This document shows, one piece after another, positions 1 through 12,803 of a stretch of 64,000 nucleotides of DNA. Made by a program: the position numbers and the translations under genes. The stretch is from Octopus vulgaris. Its lineage: Eukaryota. The DNA lies in assembly GCA_951406725.2 (NCBI GenBank), contig OX597829.1, positions 43,958,001 through 44,022,000 of the forward strand. The letters are read 5' to 3'. The notes under the pieces are model-generated. The model did not search any database and was not told the DNA's origin. It saw only the letters and a list, made by a program, of their open reading frames with translations. Position 1 is the stretch's first letter; every line of letters begins with the position of its first letter.

Positions 1-150
1 GGTCGTAAGAACGCGATTTCGATTCCCAGACCGGGCAATGTGAGTGTTTATTGAGCAAAAACACCTAAGCTCCATGAGGCTCCCACCAGGGGTGGTGGTG
101 AACCTCGCTGTACTCTTTCACCACAGCTTTTTCTCACTCTTTCTTCCTAT
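1..150 (+). mobile_element. tRNA-derived SINE (family C), partial; 5' end lies outside the window
   Basis: Matches the reverse complement of 14930-15075 (B-box-like TTTCGATTCCC, then GTGAGTGTTTATTGAGC...GCTGTACTCTTTCACCAC). Confidence 0.8.
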
Positions 151-253
151 TTCTGCCACAAAGCAGAGGAACAATGGTGTAACCCACTATGGTGTGGTAA
201 ACTTTCAGACCTTAGTCTAGATTGCGAATCCTCTGTACTCCAGGATGGTTCAG

Positions 254-1046
254 GGATCTTTTCCTTTTGAACGGCAGTTTTCAACACAATTTCTAGGTAA
301 CTAAACACTTTTAAACTTCGTATACTGGTAGAATGTGTTTATAAAACATCATTTTTTCTTGGATTTATTGAGAAAATCCTATAGTTTGTAAGATATTTCC
401 ACTTTAAAATCGAGCATTTCGGCAATTTTAACCAATCGCTGGAGTCCATTTGGGGTGAAAATATTCCGTGCTGTATGAATACGTCCCTCCTTTAAGAAAC
501 AGATTGGATTTATTTACATTTGCGAAGAAAAAAAGATACCCTTCTCCCACCCCTAACCCTAACCTCACACCTAACCTTAACCCTAACCCTGAAACAGATT
601 GAAATGCAATAGATCGCTACTAGGGTTATTATTATGGGTGACATTTTCATTTGACACCGCTAGAAAAAATCCCATTTTCCGTAGCGGTGTCGTATGAAAT
701 TGTCACCCATAATTATAACCCTAGTATCGATCTATTGCATTTCATTCTGTTTTAGGGTTAGGGTTAGTTAGAGTTAAGGGTGGGGGAAGGGTATCTTTTT
801 TTCTTCGCAAATGTAAATAAACCCAATCGGTTTCTTAAAGGAGGGACATATTCATACAGCACGGAATGTTTTCACCCCAAATAGACTCCAGCGATTGGTT
901 AAAATTGCCGAAATGCTCGATTTTAAAGTGGAAATATCTTACAAACTATAGAATTTTCTAAACACATTCTACCAGTATACAAAGTTTAAAAGTGTTTAGT
1001 TAACTAGAAATTGTGTTGACATATGCCGCTCAAAAGGAAAAGATCC
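254..1046. mobile_element. Foldback/MITE-type non-autonomous DNA element with ~390-bp arms, 8-bp TSD and internal telomere-type repeats
   Basis: Termini GGATCTTTTCCTTTTGA / TCAAAAGGAAAAGATCC; arms are complementary to a centre near 672; TGGTTCAG is duplicated at 246-253 and 1047-1054; CCCTAA repeats at 551-590 and TTAGGG repeats at 751-780. Confidence 0.9.
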
Positions 1047-1217
1047 TGGTTCAGCTCTCCACCCGTTAAAAGCCACCGTTTACGGAATGAGGATAACAAC
1101 GCGTCCGTGCAACCGTCAGACTATCGCGTGTGGTGGGTGGTTGCCGCACGTATTCTTAGTAGCTTAGAGTAGGCTCGAAATAGAAATCATTCTTTGTGGC
1201 TAATGGCGTGAGTCCTG

Positions 1218-2110
1218 ATTGGAAGAAGAGGAAGAAAAAGGTGGAGGAGAAGAAGGAGGAGTAGAAGAAGAAGAAGAAGAAGAAGAAGAAGAAGAAGAAG
1301 AAGAAGAAGAAGAAAAAGTAGGTGAAGGAGAAGGAGAAGGAGAAGTAGAAGAAGAAGAAAAAGAAGAAGTAGGTGAAGAAGAAGAAGAAGGTGAAGGAGA
1401 AGAAGAAGAATAAGAAGAAGAAGAAGAAGAAATAGAAGGTGAAGGAGGAGAAGAAGAAGAAGAAGAAGAAGAAGAAGGAGGTGAGGAGAAGGAGAAGAAG
1501 AAGAAGAAGAAGAAGAAGAAGAAGAAGAAGGTGAAGGAGAAGAAGAAGAAGGTGAAGGAGATGAAGAAGAAGAAGAAGAAGAAATAGAAGGTGAAGGAGA
1601 AGAAGAAGAAGAAGAAGAAGAAGAAGAAGAAATAGAAGGTGAAGGAGAAGAAGAAGAAAAGACGAAGAAGAAGAAAAAGAAGAAGAAGAAGAAGAAGAAG
1701 AAGAAGAAGAAGAAGAAGAAGAAGAAGAAGAAGAAGAAGAAGAAGAAGAAGAAGAAGAAGAAGAAGAAGAAGAAGAAGAAGGTGAAGGAGAAGAAGAAGA
1801 AGGTGAAGGAGATGAAGAAGAAGAAGAAGAAGAAATAGAAGGTGAAGGAGAAGAAGAAGAAGAAGAAGAAGAAGAGGAAATAGAAGGTGAAGGAGAAGAA
1901 GAAGAAAAGACGAACAAGAAGAAAAAGAAGAAGAAGAAGAAGAAGAAGAAGAAGAAGAAGAAGAAGAAGAAGAAGAAGAAGAAGAAGAAGAAGAAGAAGA
2001 AGAAGAAGAAGAAGAAGAAGAAGAAGAAAGAAGAAGAAGAAGAAGAAGAAGAAGAAGAAGAAGAAGAAGAAGAAGAAGAAGAAGAAGAAGAAGAAGAAGA
2101 AGAAGAAGAG
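1218..2110 (+). repeat. (GAA)n purine tract with GAAGGTGAAGGA / GAAATA variant units and higher-order duplication
   Basis: Read directly; the ~150-bp block ending GAAAAGACGAA occurs twice (~1525-1665 and ~1775-1915). Confidence 0.95.
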
Positions 2111-2199
2111 CAACAATAACACAATGAACAACATCGCTATAACTTTTCGGAGGGCAGTTAGCCAATGGACCGTACATTCGGTGCAAGAATTGAAAGGGA

Positions 2200-2460
2200 A
2201 AGCCCTTTAGTTTAAGGCTTACCTGATCAAGGACCTGCGAGAAGCATTTCTAGGAAGCATGCTGTGGATCTATTTTCGAAAATTACGAGATATTCTCATC
2301 TTGCTGTCTGTCGGGAGCAGCGGGCAGTGGTGTAGCAGTGCTATTTCAAAAATCCGAAAATCAAAGTAAAGGCTGTAGGTGGGTGGTCCTAGACGTGAAT
2401 GGAAGCGAAACCTTTAGATTGGTGGCCGTGTATGCCCCAACAGGAGCAGGGAGGCCAGGT
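2200..2460 (+). pseudogene. Fragment of an L1/Tx1-type LINE apurinic-like endonuclease
   Basis: The frame from 2281 reads NYEIFSSCCLSGAAGSGVAVLFQK...GCRWVVLDVNGSETFRLVAVYAPTG, containing the GVAxL and G(R)xxxxxx...lvavYAP motifs of LINE APE domains. Confidence 0.75.
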
Positions 2461-2541
2461 CATCATCGTCGTCATCATCATCCATACTCATCGTCATCAT
2501 CTTCATTATTGTTATCATCATCATCGTCTTCATCGTTGTCC

Positions 2542-2573
<32 letters not shown>

Positions 2574-3080
2574 TTTATCATCATCATCGTTATCATCATT
2601 AATCGTCGTGATCATCGTCATCATCTTTATCATTGTTATCATCATCGTCGTCATGATCATCTTCATCATTGTCATCATCATCATCGTTATCATCATTAAT
2701 CGTCGTCGTCGGCGTCGTCATCATCATTGTCGTCATCATCATCGTCGTCATCACCACCACTATTATCATGATCACCACCACCACCACCTTCATCATCCTC
2801 TCCCTCAACACCACCATCTACCTCCTCCTCCTCCTCATCATCATCATCGTCATCATCACCCTCATCACCACCACCACCACCACCACCACCACCATCCTCA
2901 TCCTCATCATTACCACCACCACCACCACCACCACCACCACCACCACCAAAACCACCACCACCACCATCATCATCATCACCACCACCAAAACCACCACCAC
3001 CACCAAAACCACCACCACCACCACCACCATCATCATCATCACCACCACCACCACCACCACCATCATCATCATCATCGTCA
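2461..3080 (+). repeat. (CAT)n/(CAC)n/(CGT)n compound trinucleotide microsatellite
   Basis: Read directly. Confidence 0.95.
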
Positions 3081-3344
3081 CCTTACCTGTCGTCATTGTG
3101 ATCGTTATCGTTTTCGTTCTGGGTTCTCTTACGTAATTTCCACGTAATTTACCTATTCATCTTCAGAAATGAAAAGAAAAATATATAATTTTTATGATTT
3201 ATTTTACAATAAATATCAGTCATAAGAAAATATTGTCAGTGAATCTGAAGTGGTTTTATTGCCATGAATAAGGATAATTATGAATTATCAATATAATTAC
3301 AATAACGTCATCAAAAACAACAATATAATAAGCATAATAATAAG

Positions 3345-3356
3345 AATGATGATGGC

Positions 3357-3434
<78 letters not shown>

Positions 3435-3635
3435 GGTGGTGGTGGTGGTGGTGATGGTGGTGGCGGTGGTGGTAGTAGTAGTAGTAAGAGGAGGATGAGG
3501 TCGAAACGGAGAAAGAAGAGAAAGAGGAAGAAGAGGAAGAAGAGGAAGAAGAGGAAGAAGAAGCCTACAAATGATGATGAAGAGGACGACGACAATGATA
3601 ATGATAAACTAACAGCATTAATAATAATGATCATA

Positions 3636-3695
<60 letters not shown>

Positions 3696-3730
3696 ATTAT
3701 CATCATTATTATTATTATTATCATCATTTA
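3345..3730 (+). repeat. (GTA)n,(GTG)n,(GAAGAG)n,(GAT)n,(ATT)n compound microsatellite
   Basis: Read directly. Confidence 0.95.
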
Positions 3731-4388
3731 TAACAATGGCAATGTAATAATAATAAGTTGTTTTATTTTTGATACTAATTTTTCGACAATTATGTTGCAA
3801 TATTTCTTTGAATTGAAATAGAATTTTCTTTTCAAAAAAAATAAGATAAAAATGAAATAAAAATGGTAGAGAATAGAAGAATTTATTTTAAAAATACGGT
3901 TTTTGTATTCAATCCTTTGAGGAAAGAATTTGGCATGTTTTGTACACCATTAAGCATCAATCAAAATGTATTAAGTTTTTAGAATTGGCAACGTTTCACA
4001 CGTGAGGTATGATCAATTAAAGAGAACTGACTTAAGCTGTAAGGAAATGTCTAAGTTAGTTGAGATTAACCGATCAGTGTGGATACAAAAGCGAAAGAAA
4101 CGGATTGACTGTGTAAGGTATAAGCGGAAAGTAGTGTAAGAGATTGAGAGAGCAGATGAGAGAGAGAGAGAGAGAGAGGGGGCGAGAGAGGGAGAGAGAC
4201 AGATAGACAGACAATGTGTGTACGTACGTATGTATGTATCTATGTGTGTGTGTGTGTGTGTGTGTGCGTGTGTGTGTGTGAATGAAAGGAAGAGGAAGAG
4301 AAAGATGTGCAAAGAAGGAGACGATAAATAGGAAGAGTCGAGAAAAAAAGACGACTAGGTACGAGTAGAGACACAAGACAAAAGTACC

Positions 4389-4752
<364 letters not shown>

Positions 4753-5440
4753 AAAGAGAAAATATGTAGTAGATGGGTCTAGAGACAGGAGATGATTAAT
4801 TGCTAAGAGAAAACTTTGAAAAAATAAAACAAGGGAAGTGAAAAATGCGATACAATGAAAAAGATAGAGAGATATAAATAGGTTAGGTCAGGGAGAAGGG
4901 AGAAGGGAGAGAAAGGAAGAGGAAAAGAAAGACGGGAAGAGGTTGAAATTACAGCAAAAAACAAAAAAAAAACAAAACAATATAAGCATGAGTGGAAGAG
5001 AGGGAGGAAATGAGTGATAAAGAAGAGGATAAATATATGGAAAGAACTGAATTATAATAGGAAGGAAAAAGAAACATATAAATCAATAGTATTGTTTAAA
5101 TAAATAAAGAAATACATAAATAAATATATAAATAAATTAGTAAATAAATAAATATAGAAATGTACAAACAAAAAAAACGTACTGAATTTAATGGTACAAA
5201 AACATTAAATTTGTTTTGTTTTTTTCAGAAAATAAAAGCAGATTTCTGTTAAAGATTTCATATAATAGAAAATGAGATTTAATGATAAAGTGTAAGCGAG
5301 CGGGGATTGATATAAACAGACTGGTAGCCATATGCAATGCAGGAATAGGCAACTTGCAACCGAACGCATTGACAGTCAGACAGATGTATGTATGCTTGTA
5401 TGTACGCATATATATGTGTGTACATACATACATACATACA

Positions 5441-5474
<34 letters not shown>

Positions 5475-5500
5475 CATACATACATACATACATACATACA

Positions 5501-5532
<32 letters not shown>

Positions 5533-5548
5533 CATATATATATATCTT

Positions 5549-5985
5549 TTATTCTTTTACTTGTTTCAGCCATTGGACAGTGGCCATGCTGTAGCACGGA
5601 CTTGAAAGGTTTTTTTTTTAGTCGAAAAAATCGATCCCAGGAGTTAGATTTTGCAAGCCCAGTAATTATTCTGTCGGTCACTTTCATCAAGCTGCTAAGT
5701 TACGGGGATGTAAACACACCTACGCCGTTTGTCAAGCGGTGATGGGGAGTGGCCAAACACACACACACACACATACACATATATATACACACATTACTCT
5801 TTTACTTGTTTCAGACATTTGACTGCGACCATGCTGGAGCACCGCCTTTAGTCGAAGAAATCGACCCCAGGTCGTACTCTTTGTAAGCCTAGAACTTATT
5901 CTATCGGCCTCTTTTGCCGAACCGCTAAGTTACGAGAACGTAAACACACTAACATCTGTTGTCAAGCAATAGTAGAGGGACACAT
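5549..5985 (-). mobile_element. Two tandem 3' halves of the CORE-type tRNA SINE (family A)
   Basis: Both start with CTTTTACTTGTTTCAG and match the tail of the full copies (e.g. 49960-50160). Confidence 0.85.
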
Positions 5986-6047
5986 ATATATATACACACA
6001 CACACACATATATATACATACATATATATATATACATATATACATAC

Positions 6048-6088
<41 letters not shown>

Positions 6089-6799
6089 TACACACACACA
6101 TATACATATACATACATATATATATATACTCATGCATATATACACACATACTGACACACGCGTAATATAATGCTAGAGACAGTTAAAATGAAAATATAGG
6201 GAGAAAAACACGGAAAGAACAATGTATGGCGAATGAGATATTAGCTCAACACTTGCGGTTAGTATGTTGTGTCTTGACAAATCGAGCGATTGGCCTTTGA
6301 AGGAAAAAACAGAAAAAAGACGAAAAACTATAAGGAGAGAATGAGAGAGAAAAATAAGAAAGAGATGGAGCAAGAGAAGGATTATAACGTGAAAGGGTAG
6401 AGAGTGAGAGGCGAGAGAAAAGTTTGTGAGTGCAAAGAACTGTTAACAGCAAATATGATATAGTGAAGTATGGGCACTTCGTTTAGGCAGGTGAAAAATC
6501 TAGACGAAATGCATTGGTCGATGTTATCAGACACTGTAATAAGCATGTTCCTCTCGCTTTGATATATAATATTGTGTTGGTATCGTGAACACTCTATGAA
6601 GACAATTCCAGGCAATTCCCGATCAACTTGCCTCCTAGCAGTGTTTATACATTTGGTATGATACAGACATAGCGATTTTGATTTACTTCTCTTTTAGTTG
6701 TGTACACCGAGATTTTACGTACACGCACACACACACACACAAACAAGCAAATACACACATACATACATACACACACACATAAATACATACACACACACA

Positions 6800-6834
<35 letters not shown>

Positions 6835-6949
6835 CATACACACATACATATATAAATAAATATATACAAGTATATATACACAGAGAGAGACAGTAAGACA
6901 GCTAGATTATAGTAAGACAGACAGATAGCTTGATAGGTAGATAGCTAGC

Positions 6950-7017
<68 letters not shown>

Positions 7018-7066
7018 TAGACAGATAGATAGATAGACAGACAGACAGATAGACAGACAGACAGAC

Positions 7067-7113
<47 letters not shown>

Positions 7114-7129
7114 GACATACAGACAAACC

Positions 7130-7208
<79 letters not shown>

Positions 7209-7367
7209 TGATAGATTGAGACAGATAGACAGACAGGCAACAATCAGACAGACGGACAAGCAGGCAGGTAGACAGACAAACAGACAGACAGTTAGATAAA
7301 TAGACAGATAGATTGATAGGTCGACAAACAGGTACATAGAGATAGATAGACAAATAAGCGGAGAGAT

Positions 7368-7406
<39 letters not shown>

Positions 7407-7779
7407 AAAAGAGAGAGACAGAGAGCAAGAGAGCGAGAGAGTGAGAGGGGAAACTTGATCGTGAGAGACAAATGTGGAAAAAAAAAACCTAGAGTTATTT
7501 AAACAACTATTATACTACAGAGAATAATTTCCAATTCACACGCAATCATAACTATCAACACTGAGTGTATTAGCGGTCATTTGTCAATGGTCAATGTTCA
7601 TTATATGCGTGTAATTCTTCAACCGACGTAGCGCTAGAGGGATAGGTTAGTCTACAGGACTATCCTCTAACGCTACTAATATGCTGCATACAATGAGCAA
7701 ATAAAAAAGCTGAGCTGAACCGCGCAGTGAAATGAATCTTAATGGCAATTTCAGCTGCTTTGAATGAGGATCGAACTCT

Positions 7780-8170
7780 GGCTGTGTGGTAAGTATCTTG
7801 CTTACCAACCACATGGTTCCGGGTTCATTCCCACTGCGTGGCGCCTTAGGCTTGTGTCTTCTACTTTAGCCTCGGGCTGACCAAAGCATTGTGAGTGGAT
7901 TTGGTAGACGGAAACTGGAAGAAGCCCGTTGTATATATGTATATATATGTATGTGTATATATGTTTGTGTGTCTGCGTTTGTCCCCCACCATTGCTTGAC
8001 AACCGATGCTGGTGTGCTTACGTCCCCGTAACTTAGCGGTTCAGTAAAAAAGACTGATAGAATAAGTACTAGTCTTACAAAGAATAAGTCCTGGGGTCGA
8101 TTTGCTAAAGGCGGTGCTCCAGCATGGCCGCAGTCAAATGACTGAAACAAGTAAAAGAGAGTATAAAAGA
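7780..8170 (+). mobile_element. CORE-type tRNA-derived SINE (family A) with internal (TA)/(TG) microsatellite
   Basis: A-box-like TGGCTGTGTGGT, B-box-like GGTTCATTCCC, CORE-like GTGGCGCCTTAGGCTTGTGTCTT, tail ending AAACAAGTAAAAGAG. Confidence 0.9.
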
Positions 8171-8174
8171 GAGT

Positions 8175-8762
8175 ACCTACATGGGGCTAAACACAGAGAG
8201 GACAAACAAGGACAGACAAACGGATTAAGTCGATTATATCGACCCCAGTGCATAACTGGTACTTATTTAAACGACGTCGAAAGGATGAAAGGCAAAGTCG
8301 ACCTCGGCGGAATTTGAACTCAGAACGTAGCGGCAGGCAAAATACCTATTTCTTTACTACCCACAAGGGGCTAAACACAGAGAGGACAAACAAGGACAGA
8401 CAAACGGATTAAGTCGATTATATCGACCCCAGTGCGTAACTGGTACTTATTTTATCGACCCTGAAAGGATGAAAGGCAAAGTCGACCTCGGCGCAATTTG
8501 AACTCAGAACGTAACGGCAGACGAAATACCTATTCCTTTACTACCCACAAGGGGCTAAACACAGAGGGGACAAACAAGGACAGACAAACGGATTCAGTCG
8601 ATTATATCGACCCCAGTGCGTAACTGGTACTTATTTACTCGACCCCGAAAGGATGAAAGGCAAATTCGACCTCGGCGGAATTTGAACTCAGAACGTAACG
8701 GCAGACGAAATACTGCTTAGCATTTCGCCCGGCGTGCTAACGGTTCTGCCAGCTCGTCGCCT
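8175..8762 (-). mobile_element. Tandem trimer of tRNA-derived SINE family B (~184-bp period)
   Basis: Three units, each with GTCGACTTTGCCTTTCATCCTTTCGGGGTCGAT on the minus strand; junctions near 8345 and 8529; a single 5' head at ~8710-8762. Confidence 0.9.
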
Positions 8763-8816
8763 TTTATTTTTATTATCATTGGCTAAACAATCACTCCTAA
8801 TATATACTCTACAAAT

Positions 8817-9781
8817 GGATCTGTTCAGTTTGTACGCACAGATTTTTTTAATTACGTTTTTTTAAAAATTAAATTTCGAAACTTCGTATACTGGTGGAAT
8901 GTCTCACGATAGTAATCGAAGAGGAACAACTTCCGGGTCATCTCTACTAAATGTCATCACTCTGTTCTATTCGTATATCGAACGAAGACGATGCCACCTT
9001 TATCCTTTCTTCCTTTTTAGTCAGCACCGTGCATTCCTTACCCTTTCCCTCCCTTCTACACTATCAAGTAGCAACCAGCGAGCGAACTTGTCGCTGCCAC
9101 TACAATTACCGTATTTTCCGGTGTTATAAGCCGCTACTTACTTTGTTTTACCTTCATGTTTTGATAATGCTATTTTTAATCTAATAATGTCTTTTATATT
9201 GACGGAATATGTTGTTGATTATAGTAATATAAAATCATAACAACAGTAATATATCTCATAGTTGTAAAATAAGGCATTTTGAAACTACAACAAAAAAGCT
9301 AGCTGCGGTCTCGTACCTCTATAGGTCTTTTAAACACCTGTGCGACTTATGTGTGGATAAAACACCGATGTCGGTCGAACGAATAAATAAATATATGTAA
9401 ATAATATTTCTTCTTTCTTGGTGTTGATTCTTCGATGTTTACTGGTCACTCCGACGCGAGAACCAAAAGAAAAAAAAGGAAGAAAAAGCGTGTAATATGC
9501 AACACAGGCAGCAAACAATAAATAGAACAGAGTGGTGACATTTAGTAGAGATCACCCGGAAGTTGCTCCTCTTCCATTACTATCGCACACAGCAGTAGCT
9601 TTCTTCAACTGAATACGACAACTTTAACACGAAATAACTCCTAATAATACCAAATTTTGTCAAAAATGTTCATAGTAAACCGTATTCTGCGTGAGACATT
9701 CTACCATTATACGAAGTTTCAAACTGTTTAGTTAAAAAAAAAATTAATTAAAAAAATCTTTGAGCCAGACTGAACAGATAA
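8817..9781. mobile_element. Second foldback/MITE element, related to 254-1046
   Basis: Termini GGATCTGTTCAGTTTG / CAGACTGAACAGATA; shares AAACTTCGTATACTGGT(A/G)GAATGT with 254-1046; inner inverted blocks 8909-8971 and 9521-9585. Confidence 0.8.
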
Positions 9782-10155
9782 CTAACAAAGCAGATGTTCT
9801 TTATTAGTCGGTTATACTTTTTTTATTATTTTGTTTTTTTTTTCTTGTTTAAATCATTTGACTGCAGCCATGCTGGAGCACCGCTTTAATGGGTTTTAGT
9901 CGAATAAAAAATTGATCCCAGGACTTATTCTTTGTAAGCCTAATACTTATTCTACCCGTCTCTTTTCTCGAACTGCGAGATTATGGGGACATAAACACAC
10001 CAGCATCGGTTGTCAAGCGATGGTGGAAGGACAAATACAAACACACACACATAAATACATACACCCGACCAGACACAAACATATAATCATCGCACATAAT
10101 TTTATACATACATACTGACACCGCTCATAAATCGACCGAAAGTGGCAGTTGTGAT

Positions 10156-10209
10156 ATCTCTATACCGTCGACGGTTTCCGCTATAACACATGAGCCTCTT
10201 CAGTAGGAT
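10156..10209 (-). ncRNA. Type I hammerhead ribozyme-like motif
   Basis: Minus strand ATCCTA-CTGAAGA-GGCT-CATGTGTTAT-AGCG-GAA-ACCGTCGACGGT-A-TAGAGAT: conserved core, palindromic stem III, GUA site, stem I CTA/TAG; one mismatch at the stem II closing pair. Confidence 0.65.
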
Positions 10210-10594
10210 CGGCACAACTCGTCAGATTCCGGACAAGATCACCACCAGTATATATGTCTACACCATAGAAATCTATGGTTGTGTATACAAATAATTAATT
10301 AGGCCTGATTTAATTATTTGATACATGATCTGGTACGGTTCTGTATCCAACCACAACTCCCTGTACAAAACCATTCACCTCGTACATATTTTTCTTTTTG
10401 CGGTATCTGAATTTAACCCCTAAAATTTTGTCCAGTTCGACTCCAGCAAGCTTTGCTTAATTATTACTTTAATTAAACAATACTTACTTTTGATTAATTA
10501 AGATTGAATCTTTTTGAAGGAATGTTCCCTTACGAAGTTTCTTCTAAGTGAAGCACTGCAAAGGTGTTTCTACAACCTTGAGAAATAATATTAA

Positions 10595-10826
10595 AGCGGT
10601 GAGCTGGCAGAAACGCTAGCACGCAGGGCGAAAAGCTTAGCGGTATTTCGTCGGCCGTTACGTTCTGAGTTCAAATTCCACCGAGGTCCACTTTGCTTTT
10701 CATCCTTTCGGGGTCAATAAATTAAGTACCAGTTACACACTGGGGGTCAATGTAATCGACTTAATCCCTTTGTCTGTCTTTGTTTGTCCCCTCTATATTT
10801 AGCCCCTTATGGGCAATAAAGAAATA
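10595..10826 (+). mobile_element. SINE family B monomer
   Basis: GCGGTGAGCTGGCAGAAACG...AATAAAGAAATA; flanked by AATAATATTA on both sides. Confidence 0.9.
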
Positions 10827-10888
10827 AGTAATAATATTAGTCTCTCCTGGTCTCTTTTATGTCCAACCTCACGCAACCACCTGCTATG

Positions 10889-11085
10889 TACGAAAGGTGT
10901 TGAAAAGTTTCTGATTCTAGGGGTGACGCAAAAGGCCTGGCTGGTGGACCAAACTTAGAAAAAATGAAGGACTGCTGCAGTAAGTGTGTGGATTTGAGAC
11001 GGTAATGTGTTAAATGAAACCATAATTAACTGATCCTCCTGTATTTTCTTTACCCAAAGCCAGGAAATTTTCAGCACCCCCTGGA
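10889..11085. mobile_element. Short non-autonomous mariner-type MITE
   Basis: TA-CGAAAGGTGTTGAAAAGTTTCTGATT versus AAGCCAGGAAATTTTCAGCACCCCCTG form imperfect TIRs of mariner style. Confidence 0.65.
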
Positions 11086-12021
11086 ATTCCTCCATTTCAT
11101 AAAACTATTTCATTTTCCGATGCGTGGCAAGATGAGAAATATTTTTTGACGTATATAAGCGATGACATAAATGTCATTTGACTATTGCCGTGTCTTATGT
11201 AATTTTTTAATTATTCTTACCTTACGTGGAGATGCTATCGAAAGTCACAAAACTGCAGTATTCGCCTTGAGAAAGCTTCCCATATGAACGTATAAGGCTA
11301 AAACAACACAGAACCGCATCAGTAGCAGTTCGAAAATCGCTCAGTAGCAGTTGTGGAATTGTGAAATCAGCATTTCTACGTATTTGCACATCATCATTAG
11401 CGAGTATTCACTATGAAGAGCATGCTTAGACAGACACATTTAGCTTCTACTGATATCGAAAAACAGTGTTGCATGCAAATAGCTGACGGGCTGGGTAAAA
11501 TATTTGTTATTAACGACGAAAAAAGTATTTGTTCAGAATATCATTTTTTTATGTATGAAATGGAAATCCAGAGAAATCATGATTTAGCAATCCCATTAGT
11601 GCTATTGGATACTTCTCTTCTGCTATTGATAAACCTCTGTGATTTTGTTTTAGTACTATACATTTACACACGATCATTTCTCAAGACAAATGCTGGCCGT
11701 TCAAGAATTTGGACCAGGAGATCTCCATTTCCAGCGACTTCGAGGGCCACCTCCCAGTGGTGTCGTGCATCAACGAAGAGCCCTCGACTACAACAAGACG
11801 ACCAAAGTTTTTTTTTTTTCCAAGGTCTGGGTCTCGCACTCCTAAGCCCTAGACTATCACCTAATCACTCTTACCCGTCTTGTTGATTAACAACAACAAC
11901 AACAACAAGAAAACAAGAACAAATGCTGAAGTTTTGTGCTTCTACAGTATATCTGCGTTAATTAAGATACACAAATCGCTTTCCTGAAAGAATTCTGCCC
12001 ATATCGCGAATAAGGAATATA

Positions 12022-12266
12022 CTCTTACTCTTTTACTCTTTTACTTGTTTCAGTCATTTGACTGCGGCTATGCTGGAGCACCGCCTTTAGTCGAGCAAAT
12101 CGACCCCGGGACTTATTCTTTGTAAGTCCAGTACTTATTCTATCGGTCTCTTTTTGCCGAACCACTAAGTGACGGGGACGTAAACACACCAGCATCGGTT
12201 GTCAAGCGATGGTGGGGAGACAAACACAGACACACAAACATATACACACACATACATATACATATA

Positions 12267-12344
<78 letters not shown>

Positions 12345-12500
12345 TACGACAGGCTTCTTTCAGTTTCCGTCTACCAAATCCACTCACAAGGCATTGGTCG
12401 GCCCGAGGGTATAGTAGAAGACACTTGCCCAAGGTGCCACGAAGAGGGACTGAACTCGGAACCATGTGGTTGGTAAACAAGCTACTTACCACACAGCCAC
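12022..12500 (-). mobile_element. SINE family A, near full length
   Basis: Reverse complement of the family A sequence with a long internal (TA)n. Confidence 0.9.
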
Positions 12501-12605
12501 AAGTATTCGTTGAGCAACATCATAATTTGTAGGAATTCAAATGCGGATTGCAGATCCCATCTATGTCGGCATAGATGCCATATGTGTGCGTGCGTGCGTG
12601 CGTAC

Positions 12606-12692
<87 letters not shown>

Positions 12693-12700
12693 TCTGTGTG

Positions 12701-12762
<62 letters not shown>

Positions 12763-12767
12763 CGTGT

Positions 12768-12803
<36 letters not shown>

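Noticed and set aside
551-786. Telomere or chromosome-fusion scar (opposed CCCTAA/TTAGGG)
   Set aside because: The short degenerate repeats are internal to a TSD-flanked foldback element.
1156-2210. Long poly-S/F/L/E/R/K ORFs, superficially like RPGR-ORF15 acidic repeats
   Set aside because: These are translations of a (GAA)n tract; the Glu frame shifts repeatedly and there is no splice or domain context.
2338-3147. 269-aa His-rich ORF
   Set aside because: A LINE endonuclease fragment reading through into CAT/CAC microsatellite.
11413-11886. 157-aa non-repetitive ORF
   Set aside because: No recognisable domain; it crosses an AT-rich to GC-rich boundary and a poly-T run, so it is likely a chance ORF.
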